Below are positions 9,033-17,785 of a stretch of DNA of 60,061 nt, in pieces (positions within the stretch are counted from its first letter, which is position 1; the number at the start of each line of letters is the position of its first letter). This stretch comes from Patescibacteria group bacterium. Lineage in GTDB: Bacteria > Patescibacteriota > Minisyncoccia > Phycocordibacterales > Phycocordibacteraceae. The stretch is from assembly GCA_038062175.1 (NCBI GenBank), contig JBBTXR010000001.1:75701-135761 (forward strand), read 5' to 3'. A program made the position numbers and the translations under genes. The notes below the pieces were generated by a model. It was not told the DNA's origin, searched no databases, and worked only from the letters and a program-made list of their open reading frames with translations.

Positions 9033-10298
9033 ATGCTCGAAAACGCACTTAGGAAACTCAAGACCATCGTCACTGATCCGGTCATCCGCAACCGCCTCCT
9101 TTTTGTCGTGGCGGCCTTTGCCGTATTCCGCTTCCTCGCTTCGATCCCGATTCCAGGTGTCGATCAGGTAGCACTTGCGTCATTTTTGAATAACAACCAG
9201 TTCCTTGGTCTTTTGAACATCTTCTCGGGTGGTGGTCTCTCGAACCTCTCGATCGTGATGCTCGGTGTTGGTCCCTACATCACTGCGTCGATCATCATGC
9301 AGCTTGCAACCGTCATCTTCCCGAAGGTGAAGGCGATGTATTCAGAAGAAGGGGAGCAGGGTCGTACGAAGTTCATGTCGATCAGCCGAATCCTTTCGGT
9401 GCCGCTCGCCGTCCTTCAGGGTGTTGCGTTTCTTACGCTCCTTGAGAACCAGGGCATCGTGACGACGCTCACCCCATTTGATTTCGCGATGAACGTGATC
9501 TTGATCGCTGCTGGTTCACTCCTTCTTATGTGGATCGGTGAACTGATCACCGAGTACGGCATTGGTAACGGTGTCTCCCTTATTATCTTCGCAGGTATCG
9601 TGGCAGCCCTTCCAGCAGGTATTAGTCAGGCGCTGTTTACGGCAACTGCCGCAAACATCCCTGCGTACGTGGGCTTTGCACTCCTTGGTCTGCTGGTCAT
9701 CTTTGCAGTGGTGATGGTCACCGAAGCTGAGCGCTCGATCCCAATCCACTATGCACGCCAGGTACGTGGGAACATGGGTGCACCAACCTATCTCCCGGTC
9801 CGCCTTCTTCAGGCTGGTGTGATTCCAATCATCTTCGCGCTTTCTCTTCTCCTCCTTCCGCAGATGGTGCTCTCAGCACTCCAGGCGTTTGGAGTTGCGG
9901 GTATGGGAGGCGCAATTGCGGCCTACACTGCCTTTAGCAACAATCCATGGGCCTATGGCGCCCTCTACTTCGTGCTCGTGGTGATGTTCACCTACTTCTA
10001 CACGTCGATCACCTTTGAACCAAAGCGTGTCTCCGACAACCTCCAGAAATCAGGTGCCTTCATCCCAGGAGTTCGCCCAGGTCCCGAGACCGAGCGCCAC
10101 ATCGGTAACATCGTGGGTCGCATCACACTTCCAGGAGCAGTCTTCCTTGGCGCAGTTGCCGTGATTCCATTTATCATTCAGGGTCTCACCGGCATCACCG
10201 CAGTCCTTGTTGGCGGTACCGCACTTCTCATTGCGGTGAACGTCGTGCTCGACCTCATCCGGAAAGTGGATGCGCAGGCATCGCTTCGTGAATATTAG
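9033..10298 (+). CDS. secY: Preprotein translocase subunit SecY
   Basis: LGVGPYITASII, GIGNGVSLIIFAGI, FIPGVRPG; multiple TM helices; ATG at 9033. Confidence 0.97.
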   Translation: MLENALRKLKTIVTDPVIRNRLLFVVAAFAVFRFLASIPIPGVDQVALASFLNNNQFLGLLNIFSGGGLSNLSIVMLGVGPYITASIIMQLATVIFPKVKAMYSEEGEQGRTKFMSISRILSVPLAVLQGVAFLTLLENQGIVTTLTPFDFAMNVILIAAGSLLLMWIGELITEYGIGNGVSLIIFAGIVAALPAGISQALFTATAANIPAYVGFALLGLLVIFAVVMVTEAERSIPIHYARQVRGNMGAPTYLPVRLLQAGVIPIIFALSLLLLPQMVLSALQAFGVAGMGGAIAAYTAFSNNPWAYGALYFVLVVMFTYFYTSITFEPKRVSDNLQKSGAFIPGVRPGPETERHIGNIVGRITLPGAVFLGAVAVIPFIIQGLTGITAVLVGGTALLIAVNVVLDLIRKVDAQASLREY

Positions 10299-10302
10299 AA
10301 AC

Positions 10303-10325
10303 CAAAGCGGCCTCAGGCCGCTTTG
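10303..10325 (+). terminator. Hairpin after secY
   Basis: CAAAGCGGCCT-c-AGGCCGCTTTG. Confidence 0.65.
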
Positions 10326-10346
10326 CTCGTGATACTTTAGATCAAA

Positions 10347-10916
10347 ATGCAGCAGGGAACGTTTATCGTACTAATTGGCGGGATGGGAAGTGGGAAGAGT
10401 ATGCTCATGAAGCATGCGATCGCGACTTATCCTGATCTCGTAATCCCGTATTCCTATACGACGCGTGCTCGTCGTCCTGACGCCGTTGAGAACGATCACT
10501 ACCGTTTCCTTAGTGTTCCTGAGTTCGAGACCATGATCGAAGAAGGCGCGTTCCTTGAGTGGGCGCGCTTTGGTGATAACTACTACGGCACCCTAAAGGC
10601 AGAAGTAGAGGAGGAGCTCGCTGCAGGGAAGGTGTTGCTTAAGGAGATGGAGGTGCAGGGTGTGCGGCAGGTTAGGGATCTACTTCCGAAGGAGCGGTTC
10701 GTGACAGTCTATATTGACGCAGGTCCCTGGGAAGAGCTTGCGGAACGAGCTCTTAAGCGCGCGCCCATGTCGGATGAGGAACTGGCAAAGCGTAAGCAGC
10801 GCTACGATGATGAGCTTACCTTCAAAGACGAAGCGGATACGGTCATCGTAAACAAAGAAGGAATGCAGGAGGAGGCGAAGGCAGCGTTTGAAGCAATCAT
10901 CAACGCGGCGCTCTAA
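10347..10916 (+). CDS. gmk: Guanylate kinase
   Basis: P-loop GGMGSGKS, SYTTRARR, FLEWA, NYYGT. Confidence 0.92.
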   Translation: MQQGTFIVLIGGMGSGKSMLMKHAIATYPDLVIPYSYTTRARRPDAVENDHYRFLSVPEFETMIEEGAFLEWARFGDNYYGTLKAEVEEELAAGKVLLKEMEVQGVRQVRDLLPKERFVTVYIDAGPWEELAERALKRAPMSDEELAKRKQRYDDELTFKDEADTVIVNKEGMQEEAKAAFEAIINAAL

Positions 10917-10937
10917 ATTTGATACACTCTAGGTCTC

Positions 10938-11519
10938 ATGCCACAAACAAAACCTGACATCGTTCTCATTATTGGTCGCCCGGGCTCTGGAAAGGGAACA
11001 CAGGCGAAACTACTCGCAAAGCGTCTTGGATGGATGCGTCTATCATCCGGTGATCGTATTAAGGAGATTCGCGACGGTAACGAGGCCTTCTCTGCACGCG
11101 TGCGTGAGATGTACGACAAGGGCACGCTTCTTCCTGACTGGTTTGCAGACTACCTGCTTGAAGCAGGGCTTCTTGAGCTTGAGTCACATGTGGGAGTTAT
11201 TGCAGAAGGATTCGGTCGTACCGAAAGTCAGGCAAAGCATTTTAATGAGATTGTTTCTTGGCTCGGGAGGTGTCTCCTTGTGCTCAACCTCGAGGTTTCA
11301 GAAGATGAGGCACGTCGCCGTATCACGGAGCGCGCGAAGAGCGAGGACCGTCCTGACAGCGCAGACGACAAGATCACGGAGCGTTTCACTAAGTTCCGCG
11401 AGGAAACGGAGCCAGGACTTAACTTCTTTAGGGAGCTTGGGCTTGTGGTGGAGGTCGACGGTGAGCAGTCTCCTGAGAAAGTGGCCGAGGACATCGAGGC
11501 GGCTATAGCACGCGCATGA
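10938..11519 (+). CDS. adk: Adenylate kinase (short, no LID domain)
   Basis: GRPGSGKGTQA, LSSGD, EGFGRT (GFPR-like); lies before map. Confidence 0.88.
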   Translation: MPQTKPDIVLIIGRPGSGKGTQAKLLAKRLGWMRLSSGDRIKEIRDGNEAFSARVREMYDKGTLLPDWFADYLLEAGLLELESHVGVIAEGFGRTESQAKHFNEIVSWLGRCLLVLNLEVSEDEARRRITERAKSEDRPDSADDKITERFTKFREETEPGLNFFRELGLVVEVDGEQSPEKVAEDIEAAIARA

Positions 11520-12298
11520 TCGTACGCACGCCAGAAGAACGAGAAGCACTCATCGAAGCCGGCAGAAGGCTCGGAGCGATTCTTGAAGAAGTCGGGAGCA
11601 AGGTAGCTCCTGGTGTGACCACTGACCTGCTTGAGACCCTTGCCAACTCCCTTATCAGGGCAGGAGGCGACAAGCCTGCCTTTGAAGGGTATACGCCAGA
11701 AGGAGCGCGTCGTCCGTATCCGGCATCACTCTGCGTTTCTATTAACGAGGAGGTGGTGCATGGCATTCCGAATGAGTCACCGAGGACGTTGAAGGAGGGA
11801 GACATCGTTGCGCTTGATCTTGGCCTCATCCACGACGGCATTGTCGTTGATTCTGCAATCACCGTTGCGGTAGGGAAGGTATCCAAAGAAGCCCGGGAAC
11901 TTATGCAGGCAACGCAGAACGCACTTGAAGCGGCGATAGCCGCTGCCGTTCCTGGTGCTCGTATTGGTGACATCTCATATGCTACGGGAGCCGCTTTCAA
12001 GGGCACCGACTTTTCGGTGGTGAAGATGCTCGGAGGGCACGGTGTTGGCAAGCACGTGCATGAGGAGCCGTATATCGCCAACGACGGCCATCCAGGCACG
12101 GGCCCTGAGGTAGTTGCTGGTATGGTGCTTGCGCTTGAGCCAATCGCAAACGCGGGGAAGGCGGGTGTGCAGCTTGCTTCTGATGGGTATACCTATCGCA
12201 CTAAGGACGGATCGATCTCAGCGCACTTTGAACATACGATTCTGGTTCAGGAGGGAGGGGCACTCGTGGTTACGCAGCGACCAAGTGAGGTACGCTAA
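11516..12298 (+). CDS. map: Type I methionine aminopeptidase
   Basis: SINEEVVHGIP, GHGVG..VHEEP, SAHFEHT. Confidence 0.96.
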   Translation: MIVRTPEEREALIEAGRRLGAILEEVGSKVAPGVTTDLLETLANSLIRAGGDKPAFEGYTPEGARRPYPASLCVSINEEVVHGIPNESPRTLKEGDIVALDLGLIHDGIVVDSAITVAVGKVSKEARELMQATQNALEAAIAAAVPGARIGDISYATGAAFKGTDFSVVKMLGGHGVGKHVHEEPYIANDGHPGTGPEVVAGMVLALEPIANAGKAGVQLASDGYTYRTKDGSISAHFEHTILVQEGGALVVTQRPSEVR

Positions 12299-12302
12299 CA
12301 AT

Positions 12303-12605
12303 ATGGCCCAGTACGAAAAGCTCGTACGCGATCGCATTCCGGAGATTCTCGATGAAAAAGGTGTGTCCTACGAAAAGCACATTGCCAACGACGTTGAATA
12401 CCGCACCGAGCTAATCAAGAAGCTTGTCGAAGAAGCAGGGGAGTTCTCTGAAGCAGGAGCCATTGAGGAGCTTGCTGACGTGCTTGAGGTGATTGCGGCA
12501 CTTAAAACACTACCCGAATATGCCGAGGTTGAGGCGGTGCGCACCCAAAAGGCAGAGGAGCGAGGAGGCTTCTCAGACCGCATTATCCTGAAGGGAGAGA
12601 AGTAG
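12303..12605 (+). CDS. MazG-like all-alpha NTP pyrophosphohydrolase
   Basis: YEKLVRDRIPEI, KKLVEE, EELADVLEV, ERGGF; ATG at 12303. Confidence 0.85.
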   Translation: MAQYEKLVRDRIPEILDEKGVSYEKHIANDVEYRTELIKKLVEEAGEFSEAGAIEELADVLEVIAALKTLPEYAEVEAVRTQKAEERGGFSDRIILKGEK

Positions 12606-12673
12606 CGGGGGAGGGGGCTTCGTAGTATAGTCATCGCATATCAACGCCCTAGGGCGATTTTTTGTAAACCACC

Positions 12674-13282
12674 ATGCCTATCCCGCACCCAAAGACTCAA
12701 CGGACCTTTGTGATCATCAAGCCAGACGGCGTACAGCGTGCACTCGTCGGTGAGATCATCAAGCGCTTTGAGCGCACTGGCCTCAAGCTTGCTGCGCTTA
12801 AGCTCACCATGCTCGACTCAGATCGTATCTGGAAGCACTACAATAAAGACGATGCTTGGTTTATCAAGAAGGGAACCAAGATTGCTGAGGACCGTGCGGC
12901 GGCCGGCCTTTCTTCAGAGAAGGAACCGATTGAGTACGGTAAGGATATTATCCGCGCACTCGAGCGCTTTATGACCTCAGGACCGGTTGTGATGATGGTT
13001 TGGGAAGGGAATGAGGCAGTGAACGTCGTGAAGAAGATTGTTGGCGAGACGGAGCCTGCAACCTCTGATGTGGGTACGATCCGTGGTGACCTCACTATCG
13101 ACTCCTATAACATCGCAGCGATCGATGATCGTGCAGTACGTAACCTCATCCACTGTTCGGATGAGCCAGGTAATGCGGAGGATGAGATTAAGCTTTGGCT
13201 TACAGACGACGAACTCATCACCTATCGCCTCGTGGGGGACCAGATCCTCTACGACGTGAACCTTGACGGCATCATGGAGTAA
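12674..13282 (+). CDS. ndk: Nucleoside diphosphate kinase (long form)
   Basis: IIKPDGVQR, GTIRGD, RNLIHCSD. Confidence 0.95.
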   Translation: MPIPHPKTQRTFVIIKPDGVQRALVGEIIKRFERTGLKLAALKLTMLDSDRIWKHYNKDDAWFIKKGTKIAEDRAAAGLSSEKEPIEYGKDIIRALERFMTSGPVVMMVWEGNEAVNVVKKIVGETEPATSDVGTIRGDLTIDSYNIAAIDDRAVRNLIHCSDEPGNAEDEIKLWLTDDELITYRLVGDQILYDVNLDGIME

Positions 13283-13285
13283 ACC

Positions 13286-13315
13286 AAAAGGACCCCGAAA
13301 GGGGTCTTTTTGTTT
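13286..13315. terminator. Bidirectional terminator
   Basis: AAAAGGACCCC-gaaa-GGGGTCTTTTT. Confidence 0.85.
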
Positions 13316-13322
13316 ATTCTCG

Positions 13323-13778
13323 CTAGAGGCAGTACCCGGTCGGGTCTTCCATGATCTTTCCAGAGGCCCGATCAACAATCCCTGTCTCGTATTCCGCATC
13401 ATTCGTACGGCAGTAGGTGATAAGGGAAACGGGCACCGAAGCAGCCGTAAGCGCTTTGCAGCTCGGTGCGCAGTACTGTCCGGCCTCGATCTCTCTGACT
13501 GAGTTTCCGAGCCGCTGCATGACGCTCCAGTGGCCTCCGCCACCTTCGATACGATCGGCGTAGAGCTCAAGTAGATAGAAGTCGCCCTCCTGCTTTCGGA
13601 TATAGACACCCGCAACACCTGGTTCAAGGTCATAGAGGTCCTCTACGAGACCGCGTAGCTCTGCATCAGCTTCGGTATAGCTGTCAGTCTCTGTAGGCGC
13701 AAGGAGCGAGATACTGTAGGCGACAAGGAGTGTAAGAATAAGGAGGCCCAGCACAGCAGGGAGTTGTTTTAGTTTCAT
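13323..13778 (-). CDS. Exported or membrane-anchored hypothetical protein with 4 Cys
   Basis: MKLKQL start followed by a TM/signal segment; the 13820 start would overlap the sRNA promoter. Confidence 0.7.
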   Translation of the reverse strand: MKLKQLPAVLGLLILTLLVAYSISLLAPTETDSYTEADAELRGLVEDLYDLEPGVAGVYIRKQEGDFYLLELYADRIEGGGGHWSVMQRLGNSVREIEAGQYCAPSCKALTAASVPVSLITYCRTNDAEYETGIVDRASGKIMEDPTGYCL

Positions 13779-13805
13779 CGTGGTTGGTGGGCGAATATAC
13801 CCCGA

Positions 13806-13814
13806 TGATATACT
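13806..13814 (+). promoter_or_regulatory. Extended -10 promoter for the candidate sRNA
   Basis: TG-A-TATACT; predicted +1 near 13821, the first base of the closing stem. Confidence 0.65.
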
Positions 13815-13820
13815 ACCCAC

Positions 13821-13959
13821 AGAGCCGTCCTCTCAAATGCAACTTGCTACAACTTCGGGAGGCTTATATTCACGCGTGCTCGAGAAGCATTTCATGCTCT
13901 GACAGTCGCGATGCGGCCACCCACCTGGCATACGAAAGTTGCCAGAAGGGGACGGTTCT
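13821..13959 (+). ncRNA. Candidate 6S-like RNA (rod with central bubble)
   Basis: 13-bp closing stem 13821-33/13947-59, 7-bp stem 13839-45/13936-42, central bubble, inner stems; G-U pairs favour the + strand; promoter before and hairpin after. Confidence 0.62.
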
Positions 13960-13997
13960 ATGAGTGAACCCACGCGAAAGCGTGGGTTCACTCATAG
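13958..13997. terminator. Perfect 18-bp hairpin ending the sRNA and the convergent ORF
   Basis: CTATGAGTGAACCCACGC-gaaa-GCGTGGGTTCACTCATAG. Confidence 0.75.
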
Positions 13998-14255
13998 TCC
14001 CCAAAGGGAATAGAAAAGAAGTGCGAATCCAAGAACGAAGAATGCAACGATCCCGATGCCTATTTTTCCCACATCGAGTTTGTTGCCTAGCAGAGAGAGT
14101 ACTGACCAGGTAAGAAGCAGTAGTCCAATAAGTGGAACTGAATAGAAGAACCACGGCGACTCCCATAACAAATTTCCACCGATATAGAACGTGGTCAGCA
14201 GAAAGACTCCTGTGAGAATGGAGAGTCCATGGAGCACTTTCATTGCTGGCGGCAT
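13992..14255 (-). CDS. Small membrane protein (about 3 TM helices)
   Basis: Three hydrophobic segments; TATACT 8 nt upstream; alternative start 14243. Confidence 0.65.
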   Translation of the reverse strand: MPPAMKVLHGLSILTGVFLLTTFYIGGNLLWESPWFFYSVPLIGLLLLTWSVLSLLGNKLDVGKIGIGIVAFFVLGFALLFYSLWGL

Positions 14256-14320
14256 ATAGAAGGAGTATAGCGCTGATAATACAGAAAATTGCAGAAGGAG
14301 CGTGGTAGATTTTAAAGGAA

Positions 14321-15709
14321 ATGCCTCTTCGACTTACTTTCCACGGCGGCGCAGGAACTGTAACCGGTTCTAACTTTTTAGTAGAGAGCACAAAAGGAAA
14401 AGTGCTCGTCGATTGCGGTCTTGAGCAGGGAAGGGACTTTAGTGAGAAGCGGATGTATGAGCCGTTTCCGTTCGATGTGTCATCAATTGATGCGCTCGTA
14501 ATTACGCATGCGCACCTTGACCACATCGGCAGGGGACCAAAGCTGATGCGAGAAGGATTCCGCGGCGACATTTACATGACCCTTGCGACCCGGGATCTCA
14601 CCGACCTCATGCTCCGTGACAGTCTGAACATCCTCACCATGGAGGCTGAGAAGCGAGGGCTCCAGCCTATGTACCGAGAGGAAGATGTTGCTGCCTTTAT
14701 GGCCTGTGTAGAGGTGCTGCCGTATAGAAAGGAACGAGAGATTGCGCCTGGGATAACCGTGACGCTCAAGGACACGGGGCACATCTTGGGGTCGGCGAGC
14801 GTGACGCTTCGTTCTGATGACGGGACTTCACTTGCGATCACCGGTGACCTTGGAAATTCGCCGTCACCCTACCTACCTGACGTAGAGCCTATTACCGACG
14901 TGGACGTGCTCGTGATGGAGAGTGTGTACGGAGACCGTCAGCATCCGCATCTCGATCAACGGGTGCCGCAGCTTCGCGATACCTTGAATCGCGCCATCAA
15001 GCGTCGAGGCACCATCCTTATGCCGGCATTCTCGATTGAGCGCACCCAGCTCATGCTCTACGAGCTCTCGAACCTGATGGAGTCAGGGGAGGTACCGGAG
15101 ATCCCAGTCTTCCTCGATTCTCCGCTTGCGATCGGGGTTACCGAGATCTATGAGAAGCATGCGAAGGAGTATTTCAATAACGGTGCAAAAGAAGAGTTAA
15201 AGCGAGAGCAGAGTATCTTTAGGTTCCCGTTCCTTTCCCTTACTCACTCTCGAGAGGAATCAAGAAACATCGATGCGGTACAGGGACCAAAGCTTATCAT
15301 CGCAGGGGCGGGCATGAGTCATGGCGGGCGCATAGGACGCCATGAGGCAAAGTACCTCCCTGATCCCACAACCACTCTCCTTATTGTGGGCTATCAGGCT
15401 CCTGGGAGCCCTGGACGCTTGCTGCAGGACGGCTCGAAGAACGTAAAGATAGATGGGAGACCGGTACGGGTGCGAGCGAAGGTAGAAACGCTCTCAGCGT
15501 GGTCAGCTCACTCAGATCGCGATGGACTTCTTGAGTTTGCGAAGAAGGCGCTACCCAAAGCACATACGATATTTGTAGCTATCGGAGAACCATCAGCGGC
15601 ACGATTCCTTGCACAGCGGATACATGACTATCTAGGAGGGAAGGCGGTGGTGCCGAGTCTGGGGGATTCGTGGGTGATTGAGAAGGGGAAGGTGATAAGA
15701 GAACGATAA
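14321..15709 (+). CDS. MBL-fold beta-CASP ribonuclease (Ysh1/CPSF73-like)
   Basis: VTGS, THAHLDHIG, GHILGS, MESVYGDR, SAHSD. Confidence 0.92.
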   Translation: MPLRLTFHGGAGTVTGSNFLVESTKGKVLVDCGLEQGRDFSEKRMYEPFPFDVSSIDALVITHAHLDHIGRGPKLMREGFRGDIYMTLATRDLTDLMLRDSLNILTMEAEKRGLQPMYREEDVAAFMACVEVLPYRKEREIAPGITVTLKDTGHILGSASVTLRSDDGTSLAITGDLGNSPSPYLPDVEPITDVDVLVMESVYGDRQHPHLDQRVPQLRDTLNRAIKRRGTILMPAFSIERTQLMLYELSNLMESGEVPEIPVFLDSPLAIGVTEIYEKHAKEYFNNGAKEELKREQSIFRFPFLSLTHSREESRNIDAVQGPKLIIAGAGMSHGGRIGRHEAKYLPDPTTTLLIVGYQAPGSPGRLLQDGSKNVKIDGRPVRVRAKVETLSAWSAHSDRDGLLEFAKKALPKAHTIFVAIGEPSAARFLAQRIHDYLGGKAVVPSLGDSWVIEKGKVIRER

Positions 15710-15717
15710 TTCTTTAT

Positions 15718-16011
15718 ATGCCTCCCTATATCCGTACTGCTCTTATTGAACAAACGGTATTCGGTGTTGCCGCCATCTCAAGTTATTGGTTCGCAAAATT
15801 AGTACCCCTGCTCTGGCTTTTTTCAGCCGGAATTATCCTGGTTGTGACAGCACCATTCTTTTTTATGTGGTTTGTGGATTCCATGATATCTGTCTATCTT
15901 GTCGTACGAAATAGATTCCGGGGGATCAATCCTATTGTCGGATTTTATATCTTAATTTCACCACTACTCACTATCCCGGGTTGGATCTTCGTCTGGGACG
16001 TCTTCTTCTAG
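15718..16011 (+). CDS. Small membrane protein
   Basis: Three hydrophobic segments; AT-rich. Confidence 0.6.
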   Translation: MPPYIRTALIEQTVFGVAAISSYWFAKLVPLLWLFSAGIILVVTAPFFFMWFVDSMISVYLVVRNRFRGINPIVGFYILISPLLTIPGWIFVWDVFF

Positions 16012-16024
16012 ACGAGTGTCGTAG

Positions 16025-16055
16025 TAAAAGGCCCCGGTGATTCCGGGGCCTTTTA
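16025..16055. terminator. Bidirectional terminator
   Basis: TAAAAGGCCCCGG-tgatt-CCGGGGCCTTTTA. Confidence 0.85.
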
Positions 16056-16056
16056 G

Positions 16057-16404
16057 CTAACTTACTTTCTTCACAATCCGTTCGAATGTCTCTGGATGCT
16101 TTGCAGCAATCTCGGAGAGCACTTTGCGGTCGAGGTCGATGCCTGCCTTAGTCTTCGCATCGATGAAGGTGCTGTAGCTCTTGAAGCCCATCTCGCGGAG
16201 TGCGGCGTTCAAGCGAACGATCCAGAGCTGACGGTAGTCAGTCTTCTTGTCGCGGCGGTGGTTAAAGGCGTTCTTACCAGCGTGGACCAGAGACTCCTTT
16301 GCAAGGCGCTCCTTAGTTGAGCGACCATGACGGTATCCCTTGGCACGCTTCAGGACGTTCCTGCGACGCTTAGCTGAAATGACTCCTCCTTTTACTCGTG
16401 GCAT
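16057..16404 (-). CDS. rplT: 50S ribosomal protein L20
   Basis: MPRVKGG, RQLWIVRLNAA, LDRKVLSEIA. Confidence 0.97.
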   Translation of the reverse strand: MPRVKGGVISAKRRRNVLKRAKGYRHGRSTKERLAKESLVHAGKNAFNHRRDKKTDYRQLWIVRLNAALREMGFKSYSTFIDAKTKAGIDLDRKVLSEIAAKHPETFERIVKKVS

Positions 16405-16415
16405 ATATTAAAAAG

Positions 16416-16631
16416 TTATACGGCAACCTTGCCACCGTTTGGGCGGCGGGTTCCGGGAAGGAAGCGGCGGCGTACATGGTTGGTCACGGTGAGTGACTGC
16501 GCGCGACCCTTCTCGTTCTTAGTGCGTCCACGCTCCTTAGCGTTGAAATGGTCCTGGCCCGCCTTACGCACTACCAGCTTACCGTTCTTGGTGGAACGGA
16601 TGCGCTTTGAGTATGACTTATTTGTTTTCAT
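16416..16631 (-). CDS. rpmI: 50S ribosomal protein L35
   Basis: MKTNKSYSKR...QDHFNAKE; lies between infC and rplT. Confidence 0.92.
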   Translation of the reverse strand: MKTNKSYSKRIRSTKNGKLVVRKAGQDHFNAKERGRTKNEKGRAQSLTVTNHVRRRFLPGTRRPNGGKVAV

Positions 16632-17190
16632 GGGTATCTTCTTGTTTTGGGGCGGACTTCACCGGTGCCTTCGTATCGCGTTCGATGATGGCTGCGAAGC
16701 CCTTAGGGGCCCTCGTTACCGGCTCAGCGATCTTGTACGAGTGCGGGATCAGGAGCATGAACTTTTCGAGCCGGGTCTTGAGGAAGGCTTCATCCATCCC
16801 CTTATACCGGCCCTTGAGGAAGAGCTCCATACGGACCCGATGGCCTTCTTCAAGCCATTCGGCGGCCTTTTTAGCCTTCAACCGCATGTCGTTCTCTCCA
16901 GTACCCACCTTTATTTGGACCTCCTTGGTCTCTGAGACCTTGGCCTTGGCCCGCTGGGCACTTTCTCTCTTCTTCAGCTCGTACTGAAACTTACCATAAT
17001 CCATCACTTTCGCAACGGGCGGGACGGCGTTTGGGCTGATCTCGATGAGGTCCAGTCCGGCCACCTCAGCAGCCTTTAGAGCTTCCTCAACAGAAATAAC
17101 GCCGAGGTTACCCCCGTCGGCGCCTATGACACGGAGTTCGCGTGCACGGATCTCCTTATTGATTCTGACTCGTTCGGTACTCAAAGCAAT
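16618..17190 (-). CDS. infC: Translation initiation factor IF-3 (non-AUG start)
   Basis: RINKEIRA, PPVAKVMDYGKF; no ATG start; in-frame ATT (17190) and TTG (17184). Confidence 0.95.
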   Translation of the reverse strand: MALSTERVRINKEIRARELRVIGADGGNLGVISVEEALKAAEVAGLDLIEISPNAVPPVAKVMDYGKFQYELKKRESAQRAKAKVSETKEVQIKVGTGENDMRLKAKKAAEWLEEGHRVRMELFLKGRYKGMDEAFLKTRLEKFMLLIPHSYKIAEPVTRAPKGFAAIIERDTKAPVKSAPKQEDTHENK

Positions 17191-17274
17191 TAGTAGAAGG
17201 ATAATAGCACGGAAACGTTAGGTATTCAAGGCATCGTAGCTATGCTACGGTGTCGATAGATAGGGAGAATACCC

Positions 17275-17430
17275 ATGAATGATGATCGATTGCGTCTCAT
17301 TCCAACAAACGAATGGGAAGCGAAGGATGAAGAGGACGAAGATCTCCTTTCACTCCTATCCAACCTGTTCGGGAAGGTGTGCCGGAGTCTCTCCAGACCA
17401 ACTTGGAAGATATTCCGAAAGAAGATTTAA
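17275..17430 (+). CDS. Small 51-aa hypothetical protein (not in the ORF track)
   Basis: GGGAG RBS, ATG 17275, MNDDRLRLIPTNEWEAKDEEDEDLL...WKIFRKKI, terminator immediately after. Confidence 0.5.
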   Translation: MNDDRLRLIPTNEWEAKDEEDEDLLSLLSNLFGKVCRSLSRPTWKIFRKKI

Positions 17431-17432
17431 CT

Positions 17433-17467
17433 ACTGAAGGCGGCCCCCAGGGGCCGCCTTTTCAGTT
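17433..17467. terminator. Bidirectional terminator
   Basis: AAGGCGGCCC-ccag-GGGCCGCCTTTT. Confidence 0.8.
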
Positions 17468-17485
17468 GCGCAGTAGAATCCTGTT

Positions 17486-17785
17486 CTACTGCGTAAACTC
17501 AACCGTCGAAGAGGTGGTTGCGGTTAGGTCAGTCGCGTCCCCACCCATGCGCTCAAGTCGCTTCTCAAAGCGTGCGAGAAGTCTTGCAAGATCTTCAAGG
17601 GCAGCGCGGCAGCCTTCGGTCTGAAGGTCGTCTGCGGTGCGGCACTCTTCAGCCACGCGCTCGCGCTGCGAAGCAAGGTCGCCTCCAAATACCCCTGTCT
17701 CGCGTGCCCACATGACGGTCATGACGATAAAGAGGACGGCGAAGATGCCAGCAACAGCCCAAGCGGTTCGTAGTTTGTTATCCAT
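17486..17785 (-). CDS. Small single-TM protein with a coiled segment and a Cys pair
   Basis: N-terminal TM helix; C-x10-C. Confidence 0.7.
   Translation of the reverse strand: MDNKLRTAWAVAGIFAVLFIVMTVMWARETGVFGGDLASQRERVAEECRTADDLQTEGCRAALEDLARLLARFEKRLERMGGDATDLTATTSSTVEFTQ

Noticed and set aside
2140-9749. Many antisense and alternate-frame ORFs over ribosomal genes
   Set aside because: Shadows of well-supported genes, with no motifs of their own
13821-13959. SRP RNA or riboswitch identity for the structured RNA
   Set aside because: No SRP domain IV motif capped by a GNRA loop, and no downstream co-oriented gene for a riboswitch to control
13870-14571. 233-aa - strand ORF
   Set aside because: Overlaps the beta-CASP gene, the small membrane gene and the candidate sRNA; no recognisable motif
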